Origin: Takakia lepidozioides
Lineage: Eukaryota; Plantae; Bryophyta
Reading direction: 5' to 3'
NCBI GenBank assembly: GCA_030704615.1
Contig: CM060733.1
Location: 16,616,001 to 16,680,000 of the forward strand
Length of the DNA stretch: 64,000 nt
This document shows positions 22,790 through 35,669 of this stretch, piece after piece. Under the pieces are notes generated by a model. That model did not search any database. It had not been told where the DNA came from and saw only the letters and a program-made list of their open reading frames with translations. The stretch's first letter is position 1; the number at the start of each line of letters is the position of its first letter. Made by a program: the position numbers and the translations under genes.

Positions 22790-22945
22790 AGGTCGTTCAC
22801 ACTGGAGTGGAGAAGGGCAAGCATTTGCTCATTCTAGATATTAATGGCTTGCTGTGTGGGTGCGTCCATGTGGGTAGCGGTACTGCGTTTGTGGTTCCAA
22901 ATGGCCTTGTGCACAAATAATGTGGTAGCAAGATGGTCGTGGTAA
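22790..22945 (+). pseudogene. FCP1/NIF-type HAD phosphatase N-terminal fragment
   Basis: KGKHLLILDINGLLC matches the plant FCP1-homology motif I (LLVLDLNGLL). A stop follows shortly after. Confidence 0.45.
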
Positions 22946-24367
22946 TTCTAATGCAAACCTTATGGCCATTCTTGTCCAGGGGGCAGCCAAGGCTCCGAGC
23001 ATTTCAGAATATCTGCGAGGGGGTGATTGCGGCTTACAGTGTCCATTTTTTGACGTAAATGCGTCATTTTTCCTGGACATAGTTTGTTGGTTTTGATCTA
23101 CAATCTTATATTTCTATGAAATTTCTTAAAGGGACTCACAAAATTGTACCTATCTACATGTAGTATCTATCTTCTCAAACTTGCCCCCAAAAACCGTTAT
23201 CTCTAGAAGTGATGGACTTTATGGAAAGTCCATAAGCTTTTGTTACAGTCCATACAAAACTTGTTATGGACTCATTATCTGTTAGATTTTGTAACATAAT
23301 TGGAATAAGGGACTTGGCCCTCCCTTGCTATTATGATAAAGAATCTAGTATGAGAGTTTTTTAACATTTTTACTCATTAAACTAAATTTTATGTACTTTA
23401 TCAACCTACCAATAACAACCATTTTCATAAAGTCCTTTACAATATGAAAACCAAAACACCCCATGAGTTGTCTTCATTAAATACAACTATTTATTATAGA
23501 TGAAGGGTGGCCCAAGGTCAAATTTTCAAAAACATGTACTTTTGTGATTATGGTCAAGTTTGGATTACGTCACCGACGACATGTGACGGCATATATCCTC
23601 CATAACATCTTTCTTTTTCCCATTTGAAATGACAACATCCCAACAACAGACGTTCCACATGATATAGTGCAAGTGAATCCATGTTTTGGTTTTTTTTCAC
23701 GATACCGTGTGGGAATGGTGACGAAGTTTTACGAGTTTCGGAAGCGCCCAACCCAGTGGGAGGACGTTTTTTTATCTTATGTACTTTTATGTAAGCCACA
23801 TCTTCAACTTTTTGGTCCATTCTTCGTTGCAACTACCCGAGGGCAACCCACATTTGGGCAACAAGCCATCAGCCCTTGTGCCATTCAGCCTCGGTAGGTA
23901 ACATACTTTGTACATCTGTACACATGGGCAGAGATTAGACAGTTTGTTATCCGCATCTTTTGGGCATTTGCCATCCCCCTTTGTGCACAAGTTGTGGCGC
24001 TTGTAAATGCTTATGATTGAGTTTGTTACAGTACTGTCGTAATGTGAATTCCAGGCATTGTAAATTTGGGTACATCCTGATGTTTCCATTGACTATCTTG
24101 TGCCGGTGTAAATCATATGTAATTTTCGGTGCTTGTTGGTTGGTTGTAGGTGCTTGGCCACGAACAAGTCGCCGCAGGTCGAAGGGCAGCACACCTGGCC
24201 CCTTTCAGGAAGCCGACAAAGACACCAATGATACCAGATTCGCAGAATGGGGTAAGTCTATGCATATGTTATTTCCCCTTGCCCGACCTGCATAGATCAG
24301 TTCTTAATAGCTCATTGCAGGCCATGTATGCAGCAAACGTTGGGGGATCCGTGTTCCAAAATTTCTC

Positions 24368-25954
24368 ATGCAATCTGGCATGTTTAGGGGTGGATGGCAA
24401 TTCGTGGTGGGAGCACATGTGAAGCTCATAGACACAGTGTCGCGATCAACTGCCGGTTCTGGCCGCATTGTTGGTCTCCAAAGGATGGAGGTGAGTGAAG
24501 GGTACCCTGACGTGCCAGAAGATTATGTGGCCATCCACTTTGATGATGTCCGCATTCCCAATGCCCCTCTACCATATCACAACAAAACCATGAAGCCTCA
24601 TCACACAGAGTTGGGAGACACTATAGGTTATATTACTGTGTGGAGTGACAAACTAGTGAAGGCCTTGCAGATGAAGAGATATGAGACAGGTCGTTTATTG
24701 CTAGCATTGTGGATTTCATGAGGATTTCTATCTCTGGATTGTCCAGATTTGGCCACTTTGGTAACTTATAGTAGTGACAAACCTGCGTTGGAATTGACTG
24801 TCCAATTTTGATAGCAATTAATTGTTTGAATTTTCTCATGCATGTTGTTGTAAACTTCTGTCTCCTTAATGTGATATGTTACAATAGGTGGTATGTCCCC
24901 TTTGCACACGCTGTGCTTGGTTATGTTGTTGCTGGGACATGTGGTTGGTAATGATGCTGCTGGATTGTTCATTTGCTGCTGTTCGTGCTCTTCCAGAATT
25001 GTCCCGGTCTGATTTTTGTGCCTTAAGTTTTGCTATATACTGGATTGTGGTCCTATATTCGTTTGGGCATTCCCAAAGATAGGTTCGCATGTCTTGGTTG
25101 AGCAAGAGCTGTGGGGACAACTCCCTGGCTGGTCAATCCAGTTGTCAAATTCTGTGTGGCATATACAGGTGTCCGTCCCGAGTCGTAACAATGCCAATAT
25201 GATATGTGTATCCACAAATTACATTCCTACACGTGGCCACCTGAGGTCCCTAGGGCAGTTGGTCCCATGACTCCGTATGCACAACCTCCAGTCATAGGTA
25301 TGTCTACGTCGCACCATTTGAGTCTTAGCGGATCGAGCACGTGGCACCACCAGACACAACCACAACGTCATGAAATTCCATGTTGTTTGAATCTACCGTA
25401 CTGCGTCAGTCGTATGTATGCCTGTGAGGAATCCGAGAGTCCAGCACATGGGCAGTCACGGTCTCACCACGTCCACGTGCGACGTGGCGTTCCCTGATAC
25501 CCCCCAATACAGACATATCCATGACTGTGAATCCCCACCCCCAAGGCGACACGTGTCAACCACATGGGGAAGCACGTGCTGGAACCACAAAGCGGCACGT
25601 GCTGACGTCTGATTCCCCCCTCCGCGGTCACAGCTCACAGTCAGGGATGTCTGCGCAGTGAGACACATGGCATGTCCCCTGTTTAGCACGTGTCTCTCCC
25701 ACGCAGCGGCTGACATGGCGGACACTGTCCGTTTAGTCATTCAGTAAAGCCAGCGTGTATGACTATGACCGCGCAGCTCCGGCGCCACGTCACACAAAGT
25801 CTCGCGACTGTCACTTACAACTCCATGGCAACCACGACTACCATGTCACAACTAACTCGGCTTCTATTTCTTCAGAGTCAGGAAGTCGTAATGACTTTCA
25901 TAACTGCATTTGCAGTTATAAGACAAAGTGTAAAAGCCAACTTTTCTTATAGTG
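24368..25954 (+). mobile_element. CACTA (En/Spm) element, 3' portion; left boundary not found
   Basis: TnpA-like C-terminal peptide GSGRIVG...PEDYVAIHFDDVRIPNAPLPY...LGDTIGYITVW. CACGTG-rich subterminal zone. Terminus CTTTTCTTATAGTG, whose reverse complement is CACTATAAGAAAAG. Confidence 0.65.
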
Positions 25955-25986
25955 CAATGTAACAAAAAAAAAGTATCTAGAAACAG

Positions 25987-26270
25987 GTAACAGAGACGAG
26001 GAGAAGCTGTGGAATGAATACTTTTCCGACCCCATTCATTGGTGGGACAATCGAGGCAAGAAGGTGAATGCCTGTTGGATTATAGAGAGTAGTAGATGCA
26101 ATTGAGCATAGGAACTAGTGTGATAAGCTGAGTTGGGTGCTTCCTAGAACAAATGTAGGCTGTCATTGTCAGCTGCTAGCAGCAAGGCAAAGATTTATGC
26201 ATGATTTGTGTAGAGGCGTGGATAGCTGAAGGAGCAGGGATAGAGTGTGGGTGCAGACTCACCCAAGAGG
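25987..26270 (+). pseudogene. Truncated paralog of the PDF-motif exon/intron unit of the PPR-DYW gene
   Basis: Exon 25987-26063 encodes NRDEEKLWNEYFSDPIHWWDNRGKK. Intron 26064-26256 is alignable with 16-263 (GTGAAT.CCTGTTG ... CTGAAGGAGCAGGGAT.GAGTGTGGGTGCAG). The next exon starts THPRG and breaks just before PDF. Confidence 0.85.
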
Positions 26271-27709
26271 GAACTAGGCACCTAGGGTATCCCTAGTCTT
26301 CCTAGCACCACTACTTGCTTCCTCCAAGCTTGCCTAAAACATCTAGGCTAAGCTCTAAACTCACAAGCAAACTAGGACTTCACAAAAGTTAGTTGCAAAA
26401 GGCAAAGCTATGCTCACAAGCAGGCTCTCTAAGCAACTAACTAACAAGTAACTAACAAGCAAAAAAACAAGAGTGAAGTGGTGAGCAAGCTCACCTCCTA
26501 AGCTACTTATACTAGAAAAACTATAAAGAAAGATTGGATGGAACATCCAAAATCCTTGGATGAGAAAAGAAATCAATCACTTCTTGATTGGTAGGTGGCA
26601 TATTTCATCCAACCAGCTGTTTTAGGGCGGTACTAGATTTTTGTGGCGCAAAAATACCATTCAAATGAATTTCTTGTGGCCACGGGCGCTCGAAAACTTC
26701 AAAAATAGTGATTTGTTGATAACCTCTTCCAAAACTCTTGAAACTTGGCCAAAACTTCCCTTGTGGTATGCTTGAAACACCCACCAAAGTTCAGGTCCGT
26801 GTGATTGCACCATCAACCATGGAAAATCAACAAGCGACAAAATGTCGTGAAAACACCGATTGTGAATAGATCAACATTTGGGGCTGAAATTCCTTCCACA
26901 TCATCTTGTCTCACTCTTAACCACACATTAAAAAGCCCTCCCCAAACAACGCTCGATTCCGGCTTTGTCCTGTTCGCTGAAGGTACTTAAGCCAGCAAAA
27001 TCCCAGTCGGCCGCTACCGCTGGATAAAACCTCTTTAGGATTTTTCGTAGGAGACCAAGACTACTTGGAAGCTCTTTGAATTGAATTCACATTAAAAAAT
27101 AGAAATGCCCTCCTGGGAAAAAGAGATCACTGCCGGTAGTTTGCTGCTTGTCGCACTGCAGTGTTTGTTTGCATGAATGGACTAAAACACAAGGGAACCC
27201 ATGCTTGATCCCTATCACTGTCATATCCGTGCATGAAAATGAAATCATACCATGAACATGTGCTCCACGCCTCCAGTGTCTTCATGAACTGCATTGGAGC
27301 AATGTGAAAATTTCTACCTTGCATATTACGAGATCATTGTCAACCGTGTCGTTTAAAGCACAGCCTCATCGGGCGTTTTCTTCTGAAGGCCAAACACTCC
27401 TTGCTTGTAGACGTTGAGGTGAGGAACAGACAGACCGTTGCCTGCAGTCATTTAATCGGCCCCTAGATGTTCGAACGGACGACTGGATTCGCACGCCTTC
27501 AACTGTTGCTCCTTGCAGGTACCCTAGTCGTATAAACTCCTGAGCGCTTTGGCTTCATGGACATCGCAGATTCTTCCATTTGCGGGCCATACCAATAGCT
27601 GTGTCGATGTTTCGCCGTTTCTGATACAAGTTCTTCACTGTCTGTGTGTAATTCGGCTCTTCCAGCTCAAAAATTCTCAAAAAACAATCCGCGCGTCTTT
27701 TAATGCACC

Positions 27710-30700
27710 TACAATCTACAACGTGTTTTCAGCAAATTGCGCACTGCAGGTCTTAAGGTGAAGCCAAAAAAATGTGAGTTGTTTATGCCTGAGCTGCATT
27801 TTCTTGGTCATATCATTTCCAAGGATGGTTTGCTTCCTGATCCTACCAAGCTTGAGTCTGTTTGGGGTTTTCCTTATTCCCAATGATAAACATTTTACCA
27901 AATCCTTCCTTGGTCTGGCTTCCTATTATAGGCGCTTCATAAATAACTTTGCAAAGCTTGCTCACCCTCTGACCAAGGTGTTGTGCAAGGATGCTAGGTT
28001 TGAATAGACCTTCTTCCAGCAAGCTGCCTTTGATACTCTTCGTTCATTATGTTCAGCTCCCATCCTGATGTTTCCCAACTTTGAATTACATTTCTTGCTT
28101 CAGACTGATGCATCAGATGTTGCTATTTCTGCAATCTTATGTCAAGTTGTAGAAGGGAAGGAGCACGTGATAGTTTATGCATCTCGCCGTCTTCCATATC
28201 TGACAAAGAGGGTCTGGCCTTGGTCTTTGGCGTGAAGAATTTCAGGCAATATTTACATGGCAGCCGGTTCATAGTGGAGATTGATCACCTTCCTTTAAAA
28301 GCTCTTGTAAGCCCCGGGAGCTTTATGACAGACTTGTTAGATGGGCTATGTACTTGCAGGAGTTCAACATGGATATAGTATACAAGAAGGGCAAGGAAAA
28401 TACAAATGTTGATGCACTTACACGTGTTGATCTTCCTATCAGCAGGCCTATGTTCACCTTGGACGACCTTGTTGCTGCTGATGCAGCCGTTTCTCCTGAT
28501 CCAGCCCCCGTTCTCAACCTCCTTTGTGCTGATCATCACCCATTGGCCTTGGATTCTCATGGCGTCTTGGCTGCTTGGGGCTGGTCTAGCCTTCTTGATG
28601 ATCATGGTTGATTTATTCGTGTGTTAGTGTGTGTGGTGGATCTATCGCTTAGAGAGAATTTGGGTAGTTTGGTAGATGTTCTTTGTTGTGTTCCAGCCCT
28701 TCTCTTTCCTAGGCTCTCGAGTTGGTTGTAGTTCAACTGCTGCACTCTATTGTGACTATTGGCTTGAGCCTCAAGGCCTGATTTGGCTGTCCATGAGTAG
28801 TAACAAATGAGGTGAAGGTATCCCTGGCTGGAGATCATAGGTGCAGGCACTCCAGACCACATTCTCTAAAGCCCATTGTCTACCTCTTATGTGCAGTGTA
28901 GTCATGGATGATCAGCTATATGCTGCGCTACTCTAGTGATGCCAATCAGGGCGTTCGCCAGCAGGCCTGTCCGAGTCCTTGCGTAAACAAATTCTCTATC
29001 ATGTGTCTACTCACCGTTTAATGGGTGATAAGCTTTTCAAGGAGTTCACTAGAGGGGGAATGCCATACTACCTTTGCCCGTCACACATGCTTTGCTCGTG
29101 TTGGCATTGACTTGGTAGGACCCCTCGCACTCACATCAAAGGGTCGAAGCTACCTTTGTGTTGCTACCGACTACTTGACTAAGTGGGTAGAAGTCCGGCC
29201 TTTGCGTTTCAAAGGTAGTGATGTTGTAGCTCAGTTCTTCTTCAATGAGATCCTTATGCGACATGGGTGTCCTCGGGAGGTACTAACGGATCAGGGCAAG
29301 GAGTTTTGTAGCCAGCTCCTCACGGTGGTATGCTTCAACTTTGGTGTCAAGCATTCTACCACAACCCCATACCACCCCAGACCAATGGCCTTACAGTACG
29401 CTTCAACCAAACTCTTTGCCGAATGTTGGAGCAAAATGACACACTTACCAGATAACGGAATACCTTTCTTCCCCCTATTTTCTTTGTTTATCGCACCGCC
29501 GTATATGCTAGCACTAAGAAGACTCATTTTGAGTTATTATATGGACGCAAATGTGTTTATCCTTTGCATTATACTCCTCTTATCTCTACTGTTGCTAACC
29601 CGGTTGATCTTGATACATTTGTTGAGGATCTTCATGCTCGGCATGCAATGTCTATCGGTGATGCCAAGACGAACATTGGTAAGGCTCAGCTAACTCAGGC
29701 CCGCAATTTTAACAAGCGTGTCAAGTATTCTAACATGTTTCAAGTGGGACAGATCGGGTGCGTTCAGTTGCAACATGATAAGCATGCATACACATCTAAG
29801 CTCAAGATTGACGGTCCATACTTGATCTATCAAATTTTACGTGGGCGACGTGACTCCTTCCACAGGGACCCAATACTGAAGTGCGTGAAGAACCTGTTTC
29901 TCTGACGAATTTGGTGCATTCCAAGTTAGTCTTTGATCTTACATGCATCCATGTGGAGGGACGCGCGGTGGTTCAAACTCCCGAAATGGGGCAGTAACCG
30001 CATGTGGAGGGACGCACGGTGGTCCAAACTCCCGTCACAACCATTTCCCTATGTCCTTGCAGTTTGGTCCCGTGTTTTTTTTTATGGTAACCTCCCGTCT
30101 CGAGTTTTCAGTCTCATGCCTAGTTTTGGCCAAACTCAGGGTTCTCATGCCGAGTTCCACAACCGCTTGTAAGGCGACCTTGTGCACCAAACAATGGGCC
30201 ATTTGTTGAATACTCAAAGGCCCATAGCCTCATGCTTCAAGTGCCTGACAGGTGGTGGAGCCGTCTCAGGTACACAAGCACGCTTTGTATTCAGAGGTCC
30301 AATGGTCCATAGCGAGAGGGAGGAAGAGAGATATCACTCGAGGCAATGCTGCCACTAAGGGGGGAATGGGTTCCCGGGGAGAGGTCACAAGATGTGGCTG
30401 GTATTCCCTCCACATTACATCAGCAACATGGGAAAAGGGTCAAATGGAAAGTCGCCCTTAGCTCGTATGCATGATGCAAATTCCACCTTTGAATGACAGG
30501 TTTGTGGGTAACTTCCGTTGTGTGCACCACAAACACATTATGTTGCATAATGTGGCTGGTGCCAGGTGATTATAGTTGCTAATCAACCCCAAGTGGGACT
30601 GAATGTTTTGTGGACAACCACCACCTAGGGTGCAAAATCCTGAGAACCACATTGCACGGTGGGTCCTAACCCTCTCATGACCTGATTTGGCCAATTGTAA

Positions 30701-30845
30701 GTACATCAAGGGACTTTTGTTCACCTTCGATGTGTAACCTCATTGCTCATAAATGAAAGGGGGTTATCTTTCCCCCGCCATGGGTCTGAACTGTGTGCCA
30801 TCGTAGCTGTCTCACCTGTGTAAACATGCAAGACAAGCTGTGACA
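27710..30845 (+). mobile_element. Degenerate Ty3/Gypsy LTR retrotransposon (RT end, RNase H, integrase, probable 3' LTR 30332-30845)
   Basis: SFLGLASYYRRFI, LQTDASD, YLQEFNMDIVYKKGKENTNVDAL, VGIDLVGPL...TDYLTKWVE...LTDQGKEF. A purine tract ends at 30331, then TATCAC...GTGACA. Confidence 0.85.
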
Positions 30846-31557
30846 ACGTTAGCAAAGCATGAAAATCTGATAGAAACCAAACAACATCAGTTGACTTACT
30901 GTCATGTGATGGTTTCATAAAACTCAGTTAGCTAATCGTTTGCTATAAGATGGGTCATCTAAGGAATGCCTATGGAAAGAAAAAAAGTTGTGCCTACGAC
31001 AACACAGCATGTCTGTTTCTCCCACTGAGCTTGTGTCTCTGAAACAGCTACTGATCAGCTACCAGGCATGCATGTGTTTGAGTTTGTTGGACCTGATTAA
31101 GTGGCTTGTCCTAAATCCTTTACATCAGGTCAGAAAAATAGGAGAGAGTTCATGCAACAGGGAAAGTGACAAAGAAACGAATAGATTTGTGGGCTCAATA
31201 TTTGCAAAAGTCACAAAAATAACTTTGACTTACATCCAGCAGATCCGAAACAATCCTATAATATCAACAATTAAAGGTCACCAGTGAAATTATTAGAGGG
31301 GATAACTACTCTCACTATGACAGGCTATGCCCAAAACATTGGAACTTATTAATTATTGAGTTGCAAACTCAGCAGACTCACAGAACTATGTGGCATGCAG
31401 CATGTGGTTTACAGAGAGAAGCTGGGAAAAGGATCACTGACCGAAGGTATGATGAGAGTTTGAACACAATCTGTGGCTGCTTCACCAGATGCCGACACTC
31501 TTGTAAGGTAGTGACACTAACGCACCACACCCCAAAAATCATAATGCTTATAACCAA

Positions 31558-34500
31558 TCAAGGGCTCCATTCACTTTGATAATATTTGTTTGGAAGTCCC
31601 ACCCAGAACTTGAAGGCCTCAACTGCATCCCGTCTCTCTTCTGACTTATCCCTCCTCCTCTGTGAGGCATGTCGACTTGTGTAGAGATCGGAATAGAGCT
31701 CTATGAACATACGCTTATATTTGGTCTTATCAGCAGGAATACCCTTCTCTTCCATGCAGGCCACCACCTCCAAAGCCCGCTGAAAGTAGCTCGCCCTTAC
31801 ACACGTATCCACCAAGCAGTCTAATAACCCCTCATCTGGCTGTAAGGGTTCCACCCCGCTTCCAACTGTTGCCTCTGTCCGCTCCTTTATCTCCTTCCAC
31901 AGAACCAGGGCTTCACCTGCCATACCTGCTCTTGCAAAACCCTTCACCAGCATGGCATATGTAGCCACCGTTGGTTGCAACCTGGTACCAGATCTCCTCA
32001 GTCAGCACAGTAACAGCAGGCAACAAAGTGAAATCCACTCTTTAGACTATGGCTGGGGCCTACCTGGAATGAGGAGGGATGGTGCCCACAGTAATGCCTC
32101 CTCAGAGAACAAAAGCAACCATTCAACCTTGCTTTAGTCCAACAGAATTTGCCCACAGCTGAAGAAGGCACTACATACTGGTATGGAGAAAAAGCTACAG
32201 TGCCTTGAAGAACCGGTCACTCAGAAGAAGATCACATCCCTACTCATGTCAATAAACACTCATGAAGCACCCACATGGCCACCTAGGGATGCCTACTATT
32301 GAATGAAACCTCCAGTAAAGAGATAGTGCACTTTAGTCAACTCCTATCCAAAATGTATCTCTCATGGTTATACTGGTCTGCGGATGCACTTTCAAGCCTC
32401 AAAGGAGCCACACCAAGAAAGCCATGAGAGATACTCTTCTGTTCCCCATCCCCTCATACGTGAAGAGACACACACACCTGGCCTCCTTCATTCTCTGGAA
32501 CATCCGCTTGGCATCTGCCATGCGGCCGGAGCGACAATAGCTGTCTATCAATGAATTCCAGGCAACAGCATCTGCCCTCATCCGAGGATCTAATTGCATC
32601 TCCTCAAATACTTGATGTACCAGATGTGGCTGTCCATTCCGTCCAAATGCTTTCATGAGAGTGGTGTAGCTGACCTCTGAGGGGGGAATCATTCTCTCCC
32701 GCATCTCTCTGAAGAGAGCCAGTGCCCCACCGTTATCGTCAATTTCAATACACCCATTTATTAGTGTGTTATATGAGACAACATCCAAGGAAAGCCCAGC
32801 TTCTCTCATGTCTGACACTAGTGCGTAAGCCTTCTCAAGCTGATGGGAGCTGCAGTAGCCCTTCAGCAGCACATTGTATGTGATCACATTGGCAGGCACC
32901 TTTTGGACTGCCATTTCTAGCAATATACTGCGAGCCTCGTCCATCAAGCCTAGCCGAACACATGCAGCTATCGCGGTAGTATAGGTCACCTCATTCGGCA
33001 AGCTGCGAGGGTCCATCTCTTTCTGCATGGCCGAGAGCAGTTCCATTGCATCACCTGTCCTGCCTTTCTGCACATACCCTTTCATCAGGGTTGTGTAGGT
33101 CCGTGCATCTGGTTTCAGTTTCCAACCCCGTCTCCCATTGACACCCTTCCTAGGTGTCCCACCAAGTGCTGCCTCACCTGATGCTTTCTGCTGTGATTTT
33201 GCTTCCCCCAACCCTGCCAATCCTTCCGAGTTTGAATTCGATGAGGAGTCACTTCCCAAATCACTGGCAACCTTGCTGTCCAAATTCAAATCTGACAAAG
33301 CTTTCCCTTGTTCCCCCTTCACTTGTAAGTTCTCTGAAGAACCCATACTGATCTTGCCGCCGCTATTCTGATTTTTTGCATCCTCTTTGCCTTCATCTAA
33401 TGGCCTCTCCTGCAGGCTTGCCACTAGCTTCTCTGCCTCGCGGAGATCCCCTAATCCCACGTAAGCCGCTACTAGCGAGTTCAACGTAGCCTGGTCGGGC
33501 TCTACCCCAGCTTCTTCCATCTGCACTATAATTCCTTTGAGTCGATCTCTCTGCTCTGTCCTTGCATACACTTTGATCAAGACATTGAACGTAAGAGTGT
33601 CTGGACTCAATCCAAAGTCAGGAAGCTGGGTGCATAGCTTCTCTGCTTTCTCTGCCAATCCCAGTGTTGCACAAGCATTCAAAGCAGCATTGAATGCTCC
33701 TGTATCTGGCCGCATTGTGCTAAGAGAGATTCCCCTCGCTTCTGTTGCTCTGACAAGATCACACATTTCATCGAAAAATTCTAATGCGAGAAGGCAATCA
33801 TCCGAATGCCTCCCAAGCCTACTTACTACAGCGCTCCAGACTTTCACGGACGGAAAGTCATCCCTTTGTAGCATAAGCCTGACTATACTGAGAGCATACC
33901 TTGCTGCCCCTGTACGGGCAGATGACATTGCTAGAAGTCCTAACGAATCACAATCTAAAAGTTCGGTTTTTGCCTGTTTTCGAAGGTCACTCAACACTCT
34001 CTGCGCACGAGAAAGGCTCGAGGGCAATCCACGGTGGGAAAGTTGAGCAACCAATCGGCTCAAGCATTCGCGGCTTGGTAGGACCCCTAATCTTCGTAGT
34101 GATTGCATCGACCGCCACGCATCTTCTGTACGTCTTTCCTTCAAGGCCCTTACCATTTCCTGTTGCAACAATTGGTCCTCCACTATGCTGGAAGATGAAG
34201 CGGACGGAGATTGAGGGACAGGAGGTAAATGAGAAAGTGGTATACGAGAATAATCCGAAGGCGGCTCAGGGACAGCTTGAACTTGAACCCCAACTGAGCT
34301 TGTATGCTTGTCAGCCCCTTGCGAAGAGGAGGGAGACCATGAGGATGAACAGGAGGGAGGGGAGTAGAGACATCGCGGTAAGGAATAGCTGCTGCCAGAA
34401 GGCGACCATTGATTGAGAAAGAAGAGTGAAAAATTATGGGCAGGACATATGTTACCATCAGAGAGGGAACATAAGACCGATGAATGAGTTGAGTGATACC

Positions 34501-34696
34501 CAAGAGGTGAAGAGGGGAGTAAAGATGGACACACAGAGGGAGAGCTCAAAGGAGGCCTCCTTTGATAGAAACCATCTCCATAAAGTGGGTGAGCAGACAC
34601 ACCCATGAACCACCTACTCTCGCAGAATTGGTGTGAAACGTGCCCTTTCTCTTGTATTCCATTTTGTATCACACCCCCTGTCATTTTCAACGCCAT
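31558..34696 (-). CDS. HCF152: P-class PPR protein, HCF152-like (plastid psbB-petB RNA processing). Exons 34696-32478 and 31981-31558
   Basis: Ser-rich transit-like N-terminus and P-type repeats. C-terminus PDEGLLD...EAFKFWVGLPNKYYQSEW is characteristic of HCF152 as recalled. A GT-AG phase-2 intron at 32477-31982 joins the two ORFs in frame. Confidence 0.85.
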
Positions 34697-35669
34697 TGTA
34701 CCTGAAGGTGAGTCCGCAAGCAAGGAATTGCTAGAGGTGTAATGATACCCAATAAGGAGAAGACGGTAGGGTTAGGGGAAGAGCCAGAGGAGGTTCGAAA
34801 AAGTTAGCCATGCGAATATGGTCCCTGCTGACAGGATGACGATGCCTGGGAAAAGCATGAAATTTTAGAAAGGTGGTGCGCATGCAGCATCCTCCTTTCT
34901 GAAAACTAAAGCAAAAGGAAAGAGATGGGTGCTATGCGGACTGTAGCTCGCCACGTTGGAGCAGTTCGCTGACTCCATAGACTTTAGCAACAGATCCATG
35001 GACATCATGACGCCACAAGTTCCTACTTGGAAATAGGCTTTCCATTTCCGAATTCATATCAGTATTGGTAGACTCCAAACCGCAATTATGATTACACATG
35101 GTTAGAACACATGTACTCGGGCTGGTGTTCATACTGTCATCTCTTTGGAGAGAGATCCAGACTGGAAGAGAGCGTTCTAGAATTTGCTTCTAGAATTTGT
35201 TTGTTTGTGGCCTTTTGCTGTAGGTAGGTTGTCTGCATCAGATATCGTACTCAACAATTGACATGTGTTCTGCATCCATCTTGTCTTCTTCTCAGATGGA
35301 AATGCTAGAGTCTGTCACAAAATTACCTTTTTGCCCCATGACTCCAGAAGATTCTGGGGGTCCGTTAGTGAGCTCAGAGCCAACCTGACCTTTCCACTAG
35401 GCCCTCAATCTTGAGAGCGCTAGCATTTGAAATAGGGCAATCAGCTCCTGCTCTAACATAACTGGTTCTCATTCTAAGGCACAACCCACCAGAGCAACTT
35501 TCCAAAGACAGGACCAGCATCATGGAGAAAACAGTTCTTTCCCAGAAGTTAAAATTATTCCTTTGTTCACAATAGTGAAACTGCAACGTATCATCAGGTT
35601 TGTCATCCCTGGAATGGACAATGGAGAGTATTTCTTACTGCTCTAACAGTGAAGGGCAACTCAAAATTG

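Noticed and set aside
26271-27700. LTR or separate element boundaries
   Set aside because: Repeat-like composition, but no termini, PBS or recognisable protein could be pinned down.
33120-33410. Novel insertion within the HCF152-like PPR tract
   Set aside because: Low-complexity linker. HCF152 homologs, as recalled, also have a variable insertion here.
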